Positions 13,042 through 25,644 of a stretch of 64,000 nucleotides of DNA are shown in pieces (position 1 is the first letter of the stretch; each line of letters starts with the position of its first letter). Source of the DNA: Hydrolagus colliei (taxonomy: Eukaryota); assembly GCA_035084275.1 (NCBI GenBank), contig CM068752.1, forward strand, positions 7,068,001-7,132,000, read 5' to 3'. A model generated the notes under the pieces. It was given only the letters and a program-made list of their open reading frames with translations, was not told where the DNA came from and ran no database searches. Made by a program: the position numbers and the translations under genes.

Positions 13042-13910
13042 GACAGGACTTTATAAAGTGAATTGCAATCTGTTGGTAATTTTCTGTAAATAACTATGTT
13101 GTTACTATTTTTTTAAACTCCCCAGGAAAGAAAAATGATGAAACATCTGGAGGGCAGGGCAGACCGCTGGTTTCCTCTGCTACTCAAAGGCCCAAATACA
13201 GTGGTAAGGAATCACCAGTGAAATGTGTTTTTACCAGCCCGACTATCCTTGTTTTCTATGTCTCCAGACCCCAACCTGCCCAATACATTACCGACTTAAT
13301 GGTCTGGCTGAACCAGACTGCTGACTATGTAGATTGTACATTAAAGAAATCCACTTCTGCAGTTTAGATTCTTGTGTTAGCATTGTTTTGAAAGAACGCA
13401 AAATTTAAATGAACGCGCACGAACTAGTGTACTGTAGTACACTAACGGGCAGCGTACGTGACGACACACTGGACCCATCAACCTCTAGAGCTCTCGAGTT
13501 TGGCTTCACTTTCACAGTCCTGCCTCTTTGTCTGAGTCACCACACCACGCCTCTGAATGTAATCTCCGCTGCCATCTCTGGTGAATTAACTTATTATTTA
13601 GACTTATAATAACATCTTATTGGGTAATGTTTTATGATACGTATTTAATATTTTTTCTGCCAATGTTGACCAAAAAATGACCCCAGGAATGTATCCTAAA
13701 TTTATAAAATTAAGTCAGTGGTAAAATAGGTTTCAATTTAGTTGTTTCACCTAACATTACGTTTTCCATGGATGCATCCCCAATGTAAATAGAGGACTTC
13801 CTGTATTACCATGAATTGAAGTTGCAAAATGTTATTTAAATGGGCACTACTGCTTTTAATAAGTTCTAATTGAAATGTTTCCTTACAGTGTTTATTGTAT
13901 GGATGAATAA

Positions 13911-14048
<138 letters not shown>

Positions 14049-14099
14049 TAATGTCTTCGGCAGGAAGGCATGATATTGACAGCCTGAGTGTTCATGTTC

Positions 14100-14355
14100 A
14101 TCTGTGTACTTGTGAGCATGTCTGTGTGTGTGTGTGAGCATGTCTGTGTGTGTGAGCATGTCTATGTGTGTGTGTGAGCGCATGTGTGTGGCTGTCTGTT
14201 GGTGTACCCGTCTATGTGCATATGGGTTTGTGCACCTGTCCATCTGTGCATCTGTCGGTATGTCTCTATGTCTGTCTCCATATATATGTGTTTGTGTCTG
14301 TGTGCATTTGTGTATGTTTTTTTGTGTGAGCGTCTTGCGTGTGTGTGAGCATGTC
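14100..14355. repeat. compound (TG)n microsatellite with tgtgagcatgtc units
   Basis: Seen directly; explains the spurious ORFs 14128..14511 and 13962..14444. Confidence 0.9.
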
Positions 14356-14763
14356 AGTTGGTCCCACTCACCTCCCGGATTTTGGAGTTTGCCGGTATTT
14401 AGAAACCATCTAGAAATGACTGGGGAAGCCCCACCCCCATACACAGCACTGAAGCCAAACTATGGCCGAGCTCCACCCACACTGCCGGGTGACACAGTGG
14501 CAGCATCTTGAACTATAAGCTGCTGTTCCGAATTTTGTGACATCGGAAAAACCCCCATCACTGTATGTATTTTGAAATCTTGCCAGTTTTAGGGAGTTTC
14601 AGAATGTAGGATTATCAAGGTTTTACTGTATCAGTATGACAACATGGTCCCAAGATTTAAATATCAATCAGCAGAGAATGTGCGGGAGAACCATCATTTT
14701 AAATTCTCCATGGTGCAGAAAGGTTGTAACTTATGACTCCATTGCTTTTTTTCCCCTGTATGA

Positions 14764-14886
<123 letters not shown>

Positions 14887-15177
14887 ATGTGTAAGTGAAC
14901 GAGCGGATCACCACTCTCTGGTTTGATGGAATCTGGAATTACCCTGCAATTTTATCGGCACCAGCCTGAACACATTGCAATGATTTAATTCGTGACCAGT
15001 GCCTTAGCCAGAGGAAATGCACATTTCTAACCGGGTGGCACACTTCATTCAGCTTTTGGGTTTGTTTATTGTGCTTTATGGTCAATGTGAGATGTTTGAT
15101 GCAAGTTATGTTAATCCATGGAGGATGTCTTCAATTCAGTAGAAATGAATGAGTATTTTGCAGTTAGATAATGATAA

Positions 15178-15443
15178 GAATAATCTTTGCATTTGATATA
15201 GTGCTTTTCACGTCTTCTAGACGTCCCAAAGCGCTTTACAGAATACTCTGTAAAGTGAACTGATTATATTTGTGGGCGAAACGTGGCAGCCAATTGCACA
15301 AAGCAGTGCCCCACAAACAGTCGTGGTTTGAAATTACCAATTTATGTTTTTTTTGTGGAATTATTATCAGGTGTGTGGAGTAAGGAAACTTGCCCAAGGT
15401 TTTGCCCTGCCTGGATTTGAACCCATGTCTTTCACTTGCAAGA
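15178..15443 (-). mobile_element. tRNA-derived SINE (dominant family), 5'-truncated
   Basis: Reverse complement of ...cttgggcaagtttccttactccacac...aaatgcaaagattatt. Confidence 0.85.
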
Positions 15444-16384
15444 TAATCATTTTCTTAAATGTTTTCTGGGTAGGTTGGGATAGGTATGATGTGATCTTTT
15501 TTTCCCCCCTCCACGGTCCTATATGTATCACTTAAGATACTTAATTCCAAGATGAATTGGGCAGCTCAACAGTGTACTAAACGTCAAATGATTCTGTCAT
15601 CAATTGATGCAAGTCTATTTTCAGGAGTAAAACAGAAGGCTGAGAATTCACATTGTACTATCAAAAAGAAGCTTTATAAAGGCGATAATCTAATCATAAG
15701 CCATATTTAAAATTAATGTTGAAGGATCCATCACCTGTTTCATTTTAGGTCGATGAGATTTGTAACCGGGATAAAATGAAAGGCCAAACCACTAAAGAAA
15801 TAGTGCTAATGGCTAACTGCACTGTAATTCTCTGCAGACAACTGTGTTAATATTTATATTAGCACAAGCAGGCAGTGGAAGCCTGTTCATTCCTGGTTGG
15901 CATAGTGCAGTTCTATCAAGCGCATCTTTGCAATGAGTGAAAGCATCTTGCAATGATTGAAAGCATCTTCAGCATCTTTAATGTTTGAAAGTAGTTTGAT
16001 AGCTCAAATTCTTCCTAATTATAGTACCAAGAGCACATCTTTTCCCAGTTAACTGCAAAGAGAAGGTTACTTTGGACCTCCAGTGTTTGTAACGTTCACT
16101 TGGACAATGATCTAGTTTCAATTTTCGATTGAGACCTTCTTTAAAGTTCCAAAATTAGCCACCCTGGATAACCTGGTTATCATTGGAGTTGCACGTACAT
16201 TAATGGTGTAAATGGTGAACAAGCACATGATTTTAAAATGAAAGGCATATACCATATTGGTTTGTAGTATAGGAATAATGGTGTTTTCAACTCTTTTGGT
16301 CATGCAATTGATTGTGCTACTCTGCAGAGACTCATCCAGCACCAGACTTTGTAGAGTGACTCATTGTAGAGTAAATTGTTACCC

Positions 16385-16712
16385 CTCAGAACCTTAGCCA
16401 AGTGGCCATTATTCCTGTGTCAGCCATGCTGGTGAATATCTGCAAACTACAATATTTGTCTCTGGAACCTTAAGCCCAGATCCCTCCTTATCCAACGTCC
16501 CTATGTGCACTAGCAGCAGGAGTCACTGGACAGGCAGTAGAATCTGGCTGATTTTTGTTTTCCACTCCTTAACAAAGTCGTTGAGGCCAATTTTGCTATC
16601 CTGACCGTTATCCTGACAAATCACGTAGCTCAGCACAAGGTGGTATTGAAACCAAGACATTGTTGTCTGTATGATTTAGCTATTTACTGGATAAACTTGC
16701 TGAGCCATCAGA
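16385..16712 (-). mobile_element. ancient AmnSINE2-like SINE relic
   Basis: Ends gctgagccatc (head GATGGCTCAGC); ccaagtggccatt, ggctgattttt, tgaggccaatt and agctcagcaca occur in the expected order. Related pieces at about 17950-18232, 48440-48585 and 61203-61308. Family name from memory. Confidence 0.5.
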
Positions 16713-16724
16713 CTTGTTTTTGAC

Positions 16725-17815
16725 CCCTATTTATAATCTAAAAGCTGTCCTGCAATTCTTTAAGAACGGCTGTCATCACTCCCATCCTTTATTAAAAAAT
16801 ATAAATATTTTTAAAAACCCTCCCTGGACCCATCCCTGATCTCAAATTACCGACCCATCTCCAACCTCCCTTTCCCCTCCAAGATCCTGTTTGAATTATT
16901 GCTTCCCACTATGCACAGCACAGTAACTGCTCTGGTCAAAGTGACAAATGACATTCTGTCTGTCTACGACCAGGGCCCCCTCTGCCTCCTCATGACTTTC
17001 TGCACCGTCGACCACTCCATCTCATCCATCATCTCCCCTCTCCTCTCACCTCAACCTTCATGGTTCTGTCCTTGAATAGTTCAGTTTGTACCTCTCACAC
17101 CACCTCCATTACACCTCTACAGATGGTTTCTCTTCTAGCCCCTGCACTGTCTCTTGCGGAATTCTTCTAGGCTCCATGCTTGGTCCCCTCCTCTTCTACA
17201 TTTATGTGCTCCCTCTTTGCGACATCATCTATAGATATGGGGTCAACTTCCATATGTATGCAGATGACACCCAACTGTATCTGTTTCTGCCTCCACCCTT
17301 GACTCCAGGACCACTGCTGTCTTGACAGATTGTCCATCTGTCCTGGATAAGAGCTAACCTGCTTCAGTTGAACATCAACAAGACAAGGCCCTCCCGACAG
17401 CATTACCATTCATGGATGCACACTCCATCTCACTAAGCCAGTCCAGAACCTTGGTGCCTTGTTTGACCCTCAACCACCCTTTCTACCCCACATCCGTGCA
17501 CTGCCTTCCCCCACCTCCGCAAAATTGGAGGTGGGGGAAGACTGCCACCTTCTCACACCACCTGACACCGAAACTCTCATACATGCATTCATAACATCCA
17601 GGCTTGACTATGCAAACTCCTTGCTTGTCAGCCTCCCCAACTCCTCCCTCCACAGGCTGCAGATCACCCTTCACTTCATTCTGTGAAGCGCTTTGAGACG
17701 TCTAAAAGATGTGAGCGCTATATCAAATAGCGCTCACATATATCAAATATTGTATATCAAATACAAGATAACTCTGTTATCACCCCATGCTCAACCAACT
17801 CCACTGACTTTCCAT
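16725..17815 (+). mobile_element. L2-clade LINE reverse-transcriptase remnant
   Basis: GSMLGPLLFYIY...FHMYADDTQLY (ORF 17086..17325) and ETLIHAFITSRLDYANSLL (ORF 17459..17686). Frameshifted, with a nested SINE tail at about 17680-17770. Confidence 0.9.
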
Positions 17816-18328
17816 CATACAGAGGATACAGTTCCTGGTTCTTCTGATCCTGGTCCTCAAAAGCCTCCTTTGTAACCTCCATGGAGTTTTGTTAGCCATT
17901 TTTCCCCTTTCATCCTCTCCAGAAAGCACAGGTACTATATCCCTCTAGTAGCTCACTTTGAGTTTAGGCACGGAATTTGATCTTGGAGGAATCCGAACCA
18001 AATGTCTTCACTTGACATCCACAAGTCAGCACTTCCTCGCAGGAATAGCTGAAAAACTAAGAACTGTGGCTGAACTCATTCCCTAACCAGGGTCTCTGAA
18101 GTGAGTTGAGCTGCCCCGACTGAATTTAACTAATTCAGCATGGAGTGGGGATGGATTCTGAAAGCTTCTGGCCTGTGGGGCTTTGTTTGTGCTGGAACTG
18201 GGGGTGCCTTTACTCGCTTGACCACTAGGGGAGTATATTTTCTTTGTGCTGCATAACATGAAATAACTTCAAGATTCAAACATACTTGCTTCCTTTTTTT
18301 GTTATTCTTGGCTTTACTGCCACCTCAG

Positions 18329-18965
18329 GACAAGTAGTATAAATGATGATCATAAATACCAGTGATAAAAGATACAATAGTGGGCTACGTGGTATCTTCA
18401 TGAACTGTAGATATTGACTGCTTGAGCAGGAAAAGTAGCAACCAGATGGTTGGAACAGACCACATTTTTGCAGTGTTAAACTAAAATAAAGGCTTCCTAC
18501 TGCACGACCACATTGGAGTATGTAGTAGTGACAAATATGTATAATATATATAAAAGCCTGAAATGGGTCAATTTCAACCATGGACAGAAATTTACGATGT
18601 ATGATATCAGAACCATTTTTGTATGCATTTGGAATATTTTCCAGGATGTGAAATCATATTATTTTGCAAGTTCAATCTTGCCATTAGTTGCTTAGTTTAT
18701 GTGTGTTAAAAGACCTTTTCTGTCTCTCTCTGGTCATTTACTTGTATCTTTTATATTGTGATAATGTTTTTATCTACTTACGAATCCCAAACTATTGAAC
18801 TTTTATATGTTTCCTGGCACAAGCTATAGCTTGAACTACAACAGGAATTGACAGGAATGTAGATTTGTACTATACTTGGCCAAGTCTGTTTGGCACCCTT
18901 TTTTAATTACTTTATGTACTGTGAACTCTCTCTTCTGAATGATAAATACAATGACTTGATGAAGA
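18329..18965 (+). other. FAM193B: probable non-coding terminal (3'-UTR) exon of FAM193B
   Basis: Donor GTAAGT at 14891 just after the stop; pyrimidine-rich acceptor ...ctttactgccacctcAG at 18327-18328. AT-rich, no recognisable repeats. AATAAA at 18485-18490 and GATAAA at 18941-18946 followed by a GT-rich tract. End is approximate. Confidence 0.5.
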
Positions 18966-19349
18966 CATGTGTGCTTTAAAGACTTTGTTATGCATCCACC
19001 TGGCAATCCAAAGAGCTCAATGTTAATTCTAACAGCTATATGAATTGAGGCTAGAACTCTCGCTTTCCACTTACTTTGTCTTAATTGCTTTGCTAGGAAT
19101 ACTTTACCATTGAACTTGTAGTAAAGACATCAGAAATAATTAATCCATATTTTGTGGATAACGCATTTTGGAATTGGAGAACACAGATCAAATGCAAGTA
19201 TTATTAGATAGGACTAGTATATTGAACAGCGTAACATCTTATCACAATAATAAAATTAAATTTATAGAGCACCTTTGTGTCAGGAGAACCTTTGTATTTC
19301 TCCTCTGAGGCATACTCATACTCATGAGGCAGAGTTAATAATAATCAGA

Positions 19350-19625
19350 ATGATAATCCTTGCATTTGATATCGCGCTTTTCATGTCTTCTAAATGTCTA
19401 AAAGCACTTCACAGAATATACCGTAAAGTGTATGTTTGTGGGTGAAATGCTGTAGCCAATTACACACAGCAGTGTCCTAGAATTAAGTGACCAAACTGAT
19501 ATTTTACTTGTTTCCTTGAGGGATTATTATCAGGCGTGATGGAGTAAGGAAATTTACAAGGTTTTTCCCTGCCTGTAATCAAACCCAGGTCTCTCATTTG
19601 TGAGGCAAGTGCTCTAACCACTAAG
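19350..19625 (-). mobile_element. tRNA-derived SINE
   Basis: Near full-length copy of the same family. Confidence 0.8.
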
Positions 19626-20351
19626 TTTCTATTCAATTGCAAAAGCTTTGTAATCAATGCCAATCTTTTTCATCCACAAACAGAATTCCAACAAGATTAA
19701 GATAATCCAATAGAGCAGTTTGAGGGAGAGCACTTTCGTGGCTCAACTACTCACTTGACAAAGGCCTGAGGAATCATTAGTGGATAAAGCAACTATTTTA
19801 GGTGCAAAAAAATCCTTCCCAATAATATCACAGTATTTCAATCAGAGTTCCAAGAGTCAGAGGAAAACGCATTATCAAATTCTTTAAAACAGGAACAAAT
19901 CTAGAATTGTGTTTTAATCATAATAATAATTCTCACATTTGATACAGTTGAACAATATTCTTACCTGTGCTGAACTTTACCTAGGCTGGAGTATTTTGTT
20001 CCAAGTTGGTTTATGTAGGACGTCCACGAACAAGCTGAACCAGGTATTAACAACAACAACAAAATTACAGTTGTATAGCGCCTTTCATGTCAGGAGGACG
20101 TCCTACGGAACTGGACATTACTGCTTAAATATAATTATATTATATTTTTGAATCCAATTTGTTCCTATAAGTCTCGATCTTTTAAAGCATTGTCCCTATC
20201 ATGTGTGAGTTTAGACTCGTGTTTATGTCAGTTAATAGCAGCAAAACATCTGAACATTGACTCAGGAACTTTTTGCTCATCCAGGCCCTGTTGTCAAGAC
20301 AAGAAGAGAAAGTCGGCGACCCTGGAGCCAGTCGCAGGTGGAGGAGGCGAG

Positions 20352-20605
20352 CCAAAAATATACAAAGCAGCCCACCTTAAGTCCAGAGCGCAAAAAATAT
20401 GAAATACTATCTTGTGTCCCAAGTCAACAAAACAAGAAATACCCCCACTTCACATAAACACACCTTCTTAAGTTCTGAGTCCAAAAACACAAGCCCCTAT
20501 CCCCTTATGTCCTGAGGCCAAAAGCACAAAATACCCAACCCTTTACATCTAGGGCCTCCCAAAAAATGGAAAATCTACCCCTTACCTCCTGACCCCCACC
20601 TTTGC
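20352..20605. repeat. degenerate minisatellite of about 35 bp
   Basis: Recurring unit resembling caaaaa-cacaaaatacccc-ccttaa/tgtcctgag, about 6-7 diverged copies. Confidence 0.55.
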
Positions 20606-21424
20606 ATCTCAAGCCAACACATTTTTTCACAAAACGTAGTGCTTGTTCAATTATATATTATTTCAAACATCATTTTGATAGATATTTAATGAAATAACGA
20701 ATAATCTTGGAGGTTTGTAGAAGACACATCAAATGTAGCGTTCCTACCAGTTACTCTAAAATCGATGGACATTTATTCTTATATCACTTGTTATGTTGAA
20801 GAAACAAGCCACATTGTTAAAAAAAATTCAACAAAATATGACTTGTCGCGTGATTTTGTGCATATCGCATCAAATGTTTTTCTTCCGCAAACCTAGCTTT
20901 AATAAATTGACGTTACAATTCACTCGATGCTGTCACCGAAATCCGATGAAATGGGCATGCTTATGCAGAAAGTGTTTGGCTAGATTGTGTTTTTCCATGT
21001 ATCATTTTGAACCATTTTGATTGACTTTTCCATCATTATTTTTAGTGAATTACTGTTCTCACCATTTAAAGTGTCTTAATTTAATATATTTCGAGGTGTT
21101 TGGGCTACATAAAACTTTGTTGTGTTTTTTTGCCCAATTTTGAGGGATTTGGGCCCGATTTTGCTAGGTAGTATAGAAAAATGTCGAAGAGGGAGAAAAA
21201 GAGTGTAATAGCTTTAATTGCACCATAAGGTTTCCACTATTACACTTACCTGATGTTTCACGAATCCCGACGTGCTAGAGCCACAGCGAAAAAAAAATGG
21301 TGGGAGTTTCAGTCGTCGATGTACATGAAGCTGGCCCCGTCTCCCAACACCTCAACCGCACTAAACCAACCCTGAAGCTGACTCAACTCTCATAAGCTAC
21401 ACAGATCATAGACACAAACGGATT

Positions 21425-22141
21425 CCAAACCACTGTAAGCCAGAACCCTGAACTGTCCTTTTTCCACATCCGCACCATGCCCAGTACTGCCACCACCTTC
21501 GCAACATCGCCAGTGCCTCACCCCTCAGGCTGCCGATACCCTCGTCCACGCATTCATCACATCATGGCTCGATTACAGAAATAACCTCCTCGTCGGCCTT
21601 CCTGGTTCTTCACAAGCTGTAGATCATCCAGAACTCTGCAGCCCATGACCTCACCCGCCCAAAGTTCCGTGACTACATCACTCCCACACTCACCCAGATC
21701 CATTGGGTCCCCATCCCCCAGAGGATCGAATTCAAGATCCTCGTCCTCTCCCGGCCTTGCCCACCCCCACCACCTCTCTGAACTGCCCCCTATGAACATC
21801 CCCGCCCCCTCTGTTCAGCGGGTTCCGGCCTGCTCCGTGTCCCCCACCCGACTCATACTACCATCGGCGGGCGGCCTTTCAGCCTGTCTGCCCCTACACT
21901 CTGGAACTCCATCCCACAGTCCCTACACCTCACTCCCTCTCCTCCTTCAAGGCCGGCCTCAAAACCCTTCTCTTCGACCGTGTCTTCTGCTGCCCTCCCA
22001 ACTCTCCTTCCCCTCCTAACTCTCTTCTGTCCCTCCCGCCTGCCCAGCCCCTCTCCCTTGCTCGGGTCCCGTCCTGACTGTTCAGTGCCTTGGGACATTC
22101 TCCCGACGTGAAAGGTGCTCTATAAATGTAATTTTGTTGTT
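21425..22141 (+). mobile_element. L2-clade LINE 3' end
   Basis: ORF2 remnant and tail gccttgggacattctcccgacgtgaaaggtgctctataaatgtaattttgttgtt. Confidence 0.85.
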
Positions 22142-22472
22142 CCTCGTCGTCTCTTGCCCCTTGTATCTATTTCCCACCACCAGAGGGCAATAATTCCTGC
22201 AAATGTACAGTACAATGTATTATCGGATCACCAATGGAGGCCACAGGGTGGCAGTAATGCTCCACCAAGCAATTAATTTGTACTTTCAGAATCTCAATTA
22301 ACATATTAATAATTCTTGCATTTGATACAAAGGCTTATCACGGCTTCGAGATATCTCAAAGTTCTTCACAGAATAGGGTTAATATTGAATTGACTGTACA
22401 AGAACAAAATTACATTTATAGAGCGCCTTTCACATCAGGAGGACATCCCAAAGCGCTGAAATATATATTTAT

Positions 22473-22760
22473 GGATTCCTGTAGCTCAGTGGTTAGAATA
22501 TTTGACTTGCAAGAGAGACATGGGTTCGATTCCTGGCAGGATGAAGCCTTGGGCTAGTTTCTTTACTCCACATGCCTGATAATAATCGCCAAAAAAAAAT
22601 GGGCTCACCTTAATCCATGACTGGTTGTGAGACACTGCTGTGTGCAATCAGCTGCTGTGTTTTTGGTCACAAATATTCAGTGAATTCACTTCACAGTATA
22701 TTCTGGAAGCACTTTGAGACATTTAGAAGACATGAAAAACACTATATCAAATACAAGGTT
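22473..22760 (+). mobile_element. tRNA-derived SINE, full length
   Basis: A box tagctcagtgg, B box ggttcgattcc, family body and tail. Confidence 0.85.
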
Positions 22761-22777
22761 TAATATATCATTATTAT

Positions 22778-23111
22778 AATAATAATCCTTGCATTTGATA
22801 TAGCGCTTTCCACATCTTATCAACGTCGCAAAGCGCTTCACGGAATATACTGTAAAGTGAATTGACTGTATATATTTGTGGGCGAATTATGGCAGCCAAT
22901 TGCGCACAGCAGTGTCCCACACACAGTCGTGGATTGAAATTACCAATTTTATTATTGTGATTTTTTTGGAGGGATTATTATTAGGCGTGTGGAGTAAGGA
23001 AACTTGCCCAAGGTTTCGTCCTGACCTGCCTGGATTCGAACACAGGTCTCCCCAGCTTGGTCTCCCCAGCTTGCAAGACAAGTGCTCTAACCACTGAGCC
23101 ACAGGAGCTCC
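22778..23111 (-). mobile_element. tRNA-derived SINE, full length, tail-to-tail with the previous copy
   Basis: Ends ...ctaaccactgagccacaggagctcc; has an internal 15-bp duplication ggtctccccagctt. Confidence 0.9.
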
Positions 23112-23423
23112 ACATTAAAAAAAGGCAACCAATTAGAAACAGTCGTGTCCCACAAACAGTCATGGAATGATAGACCACATTACTATTATCATTCGGGAGG
23201 GATTATTTCCTACTGAAAGCGATCCACCAATCAACTAACCACTAATTACTGCTAGGAAAACAGGTGTATTGAGTAAGAAAACCTGCTTCAAGTTTCTTCC
23301 TGCCAAATATGAACCCAGGCCTCTTGCTTGGGGGCCAAGTACTTTAACCACTGAGCTACAAGACCCAATTCGAAATGCATCATGGAATCTCCTTGGGCTG
23401 AAATCTATATGAAATGGAATCTA

Positions 23424-24112
23424 TCCCGACCCCATCCCTAACCCTCATAACCCTGACTCTAACCCTTATCTCTAACTGTCTAACCCTAATCCTCTAACCT
23501 GAAATCCGAATACTGAACCCCAGGTCCTCCACCTAACGCTAACCCACCCTAACCCCTAAGCCACACTAAATCTAACCACTAACTCTAACACTTACCCTAA
23601 TTATCCTAACCGCTAACCCCAACTCCAACCCTAACCCAAATGGTACCCCTAACCCAAACGCCTAAACCTAATCACAACCCTAACTCCCAACCCTCACCAG
23701 GACCCCCAAAATTTATCAAGCTTAAACCAAAGCCCTAACTAGGCACTAACCCTAAAATCTGAACCTGAACCCTAACCCCTAACAATCACCCTAACTCTAA
23801 CCCCTGACTCTCACCCTAAACCTAACCCCTAACTTTGAAAGAGCAGATCTCCCTAACCCAAATATAGAAAATTAGAGTAGAACAAAGACATCCATGAGCC
23901 CAAACTAAATTTGACAAAACACCAGGAAACAAAACATACATGACTCCCCAAATTTATCAAATCTAACCCCAACCCCTAACTCTATCATTAATGCCTAACC
24001 CTTAATCTTAATCTGAATTGATAGTCCTAACCCTAACCAGTAGCCCCTAAACCTAACACCAAACCTAAACGTAACCCTTAACCTAACCATAACCCTAACC
24101 CTGATCTTAACT
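23424..24112. repeat. degenerate interstitial (CCCTAA)n telomere-like array
   Basis: Dozens of ccctaa/cctaac/ctctaa variants, interrupted at about 23835-23945. Smaller patches at about 24372-24400 and 25352-25390. Confidence 0.85.
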
Positions 24113-25644
24113 CTTGCTCCTCTTCTCCAAACCGTCCTGGTTATCGCAGCCACTCACCTGCTCTCATCTCTTCCCTCGTCAATTCCTGTCTCTTCCTGCA
24201 CCAGCTCCCAATTGTGCGCTCACGTCTGCGCCCTCGCCAGCTCCCGTTACACATTTAGTTTCCTTCCACTGATGCATGGCTCGGGCTGTGGCCTCTGTAG
24301 ATCTGCAAATTTAGATAAACTTGGAAACCTTATATACAGTAACAAACATTTAAAAGAAAGTCAAATTTAATACCTTAATCCTAAAACTCCCAAACCCTAA
24401 GCACTTTCAGTTGTCTTGATGGCTTGATATGGCACTATTTCAAACTCAAGGATTATTATATAGTACTGTACTGTATTACATTGGGATGTGTTTCTGTCAG
24501 AACAGGTTACTGCATGTGGCATTATGTGGATGCCTGCAGCCCATAATGCTACTACTGGTAACCACTCAATTTATTATAAATCAACAATTATTTCACTTCA
24601 ATCCATGAGTGTTTGTGGGACATGGCTGTGTGCGATTGCCTGCCACTTTTCACCCATAAATAAAGTTAAGTAATTTTACAATATATTCTGTGAAGTGCTT
24701 TGAGACGGTGCGATAGAAGTGTAAGTTTGTTGTTGTCGTCGTCTAGAAGATGTGAAAAGCACTACATCAAATACAAGGATCACTTTTATTATAATTAAAT
24801 GTGAGTGATTAAAAATGGCAACTTATTTAGCTGTTTTATTTTAATTTATATCCAGCTAATTAATACATATCACAAACAACTTTTTAATGATATTGTGCAC
24901 TATTCTTATGCTTTTTCTATTTGTTAACACATAAAATACATAAATACACTAGATTTATATTTAATTATTACCTGCTCTTGCAGCAGTATCATGTTTCACC
25001 ACACGATGGCGGTGGCAGTCCATGCATATAGTAGATGTTTTCCGGTAGTTAGTAACAGTTCATAAGCATTTAACAACAATAAATACTTTTGGTCAGTGTT
25101 CTCCCACCACCTTGCTTAATAGTATCCACAGCAAACTTGTAGAGTTCTATAGCATAGTAGTTAGAGCAAACGCCTCGTAAGAAACAGGACCCAGATTTGA
25201 TTCCTGGTTGGGGAAAAACCTTAAGCAAGTTTCCTTACTCCACATCTCTCTGTTTACCTAGTAGACATGATTGTGCATGACCTTACACAAATGTTGCATT
25301 TCCTATACAAAATACAAAGTAAATTATTTCTACAGTACCTTCTGTGAAGCACCTAACCCTTAACCCTAATTGGTAGCCCTAACCCTAACTTTCTGTGCTG
25401 TCATCAGCAGTGCCTTGAAGTACTGTGGACCCATCTGGCTCAGGAACTGGACTGCCACAAGGGCTGGCTCAATTCCAACATTTTATTGCTAAACCTGTCA
25501 CTTTGGAGTCTGTTAAGCTCTAAGGAGGGCTCGCAAAGCTCCTCCATCTTCAAGGAGGAGTCACCAGTTAGTCATTTGACAGGGCGGATTTGAGCCCTTA
25601 CTAAGTGGGTGGTAGGTACCAGGAAGTTCCTGGTGGGCAACACA

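Noticed and set aside
17086-17325. Reverse-transcriptase YADD motif as a possible domesticated or novel RT system
   Set aside because: Short, frameshifted L2 ORF2 remnant; other decayed copies at about 10555-10610 and 28260-28360.
18220-18234. CTCF-like CCACTAGGGGAG
   Set aside because: One G short of the core spacing, and it coincides with the 5' end of an ancient SINE relic.
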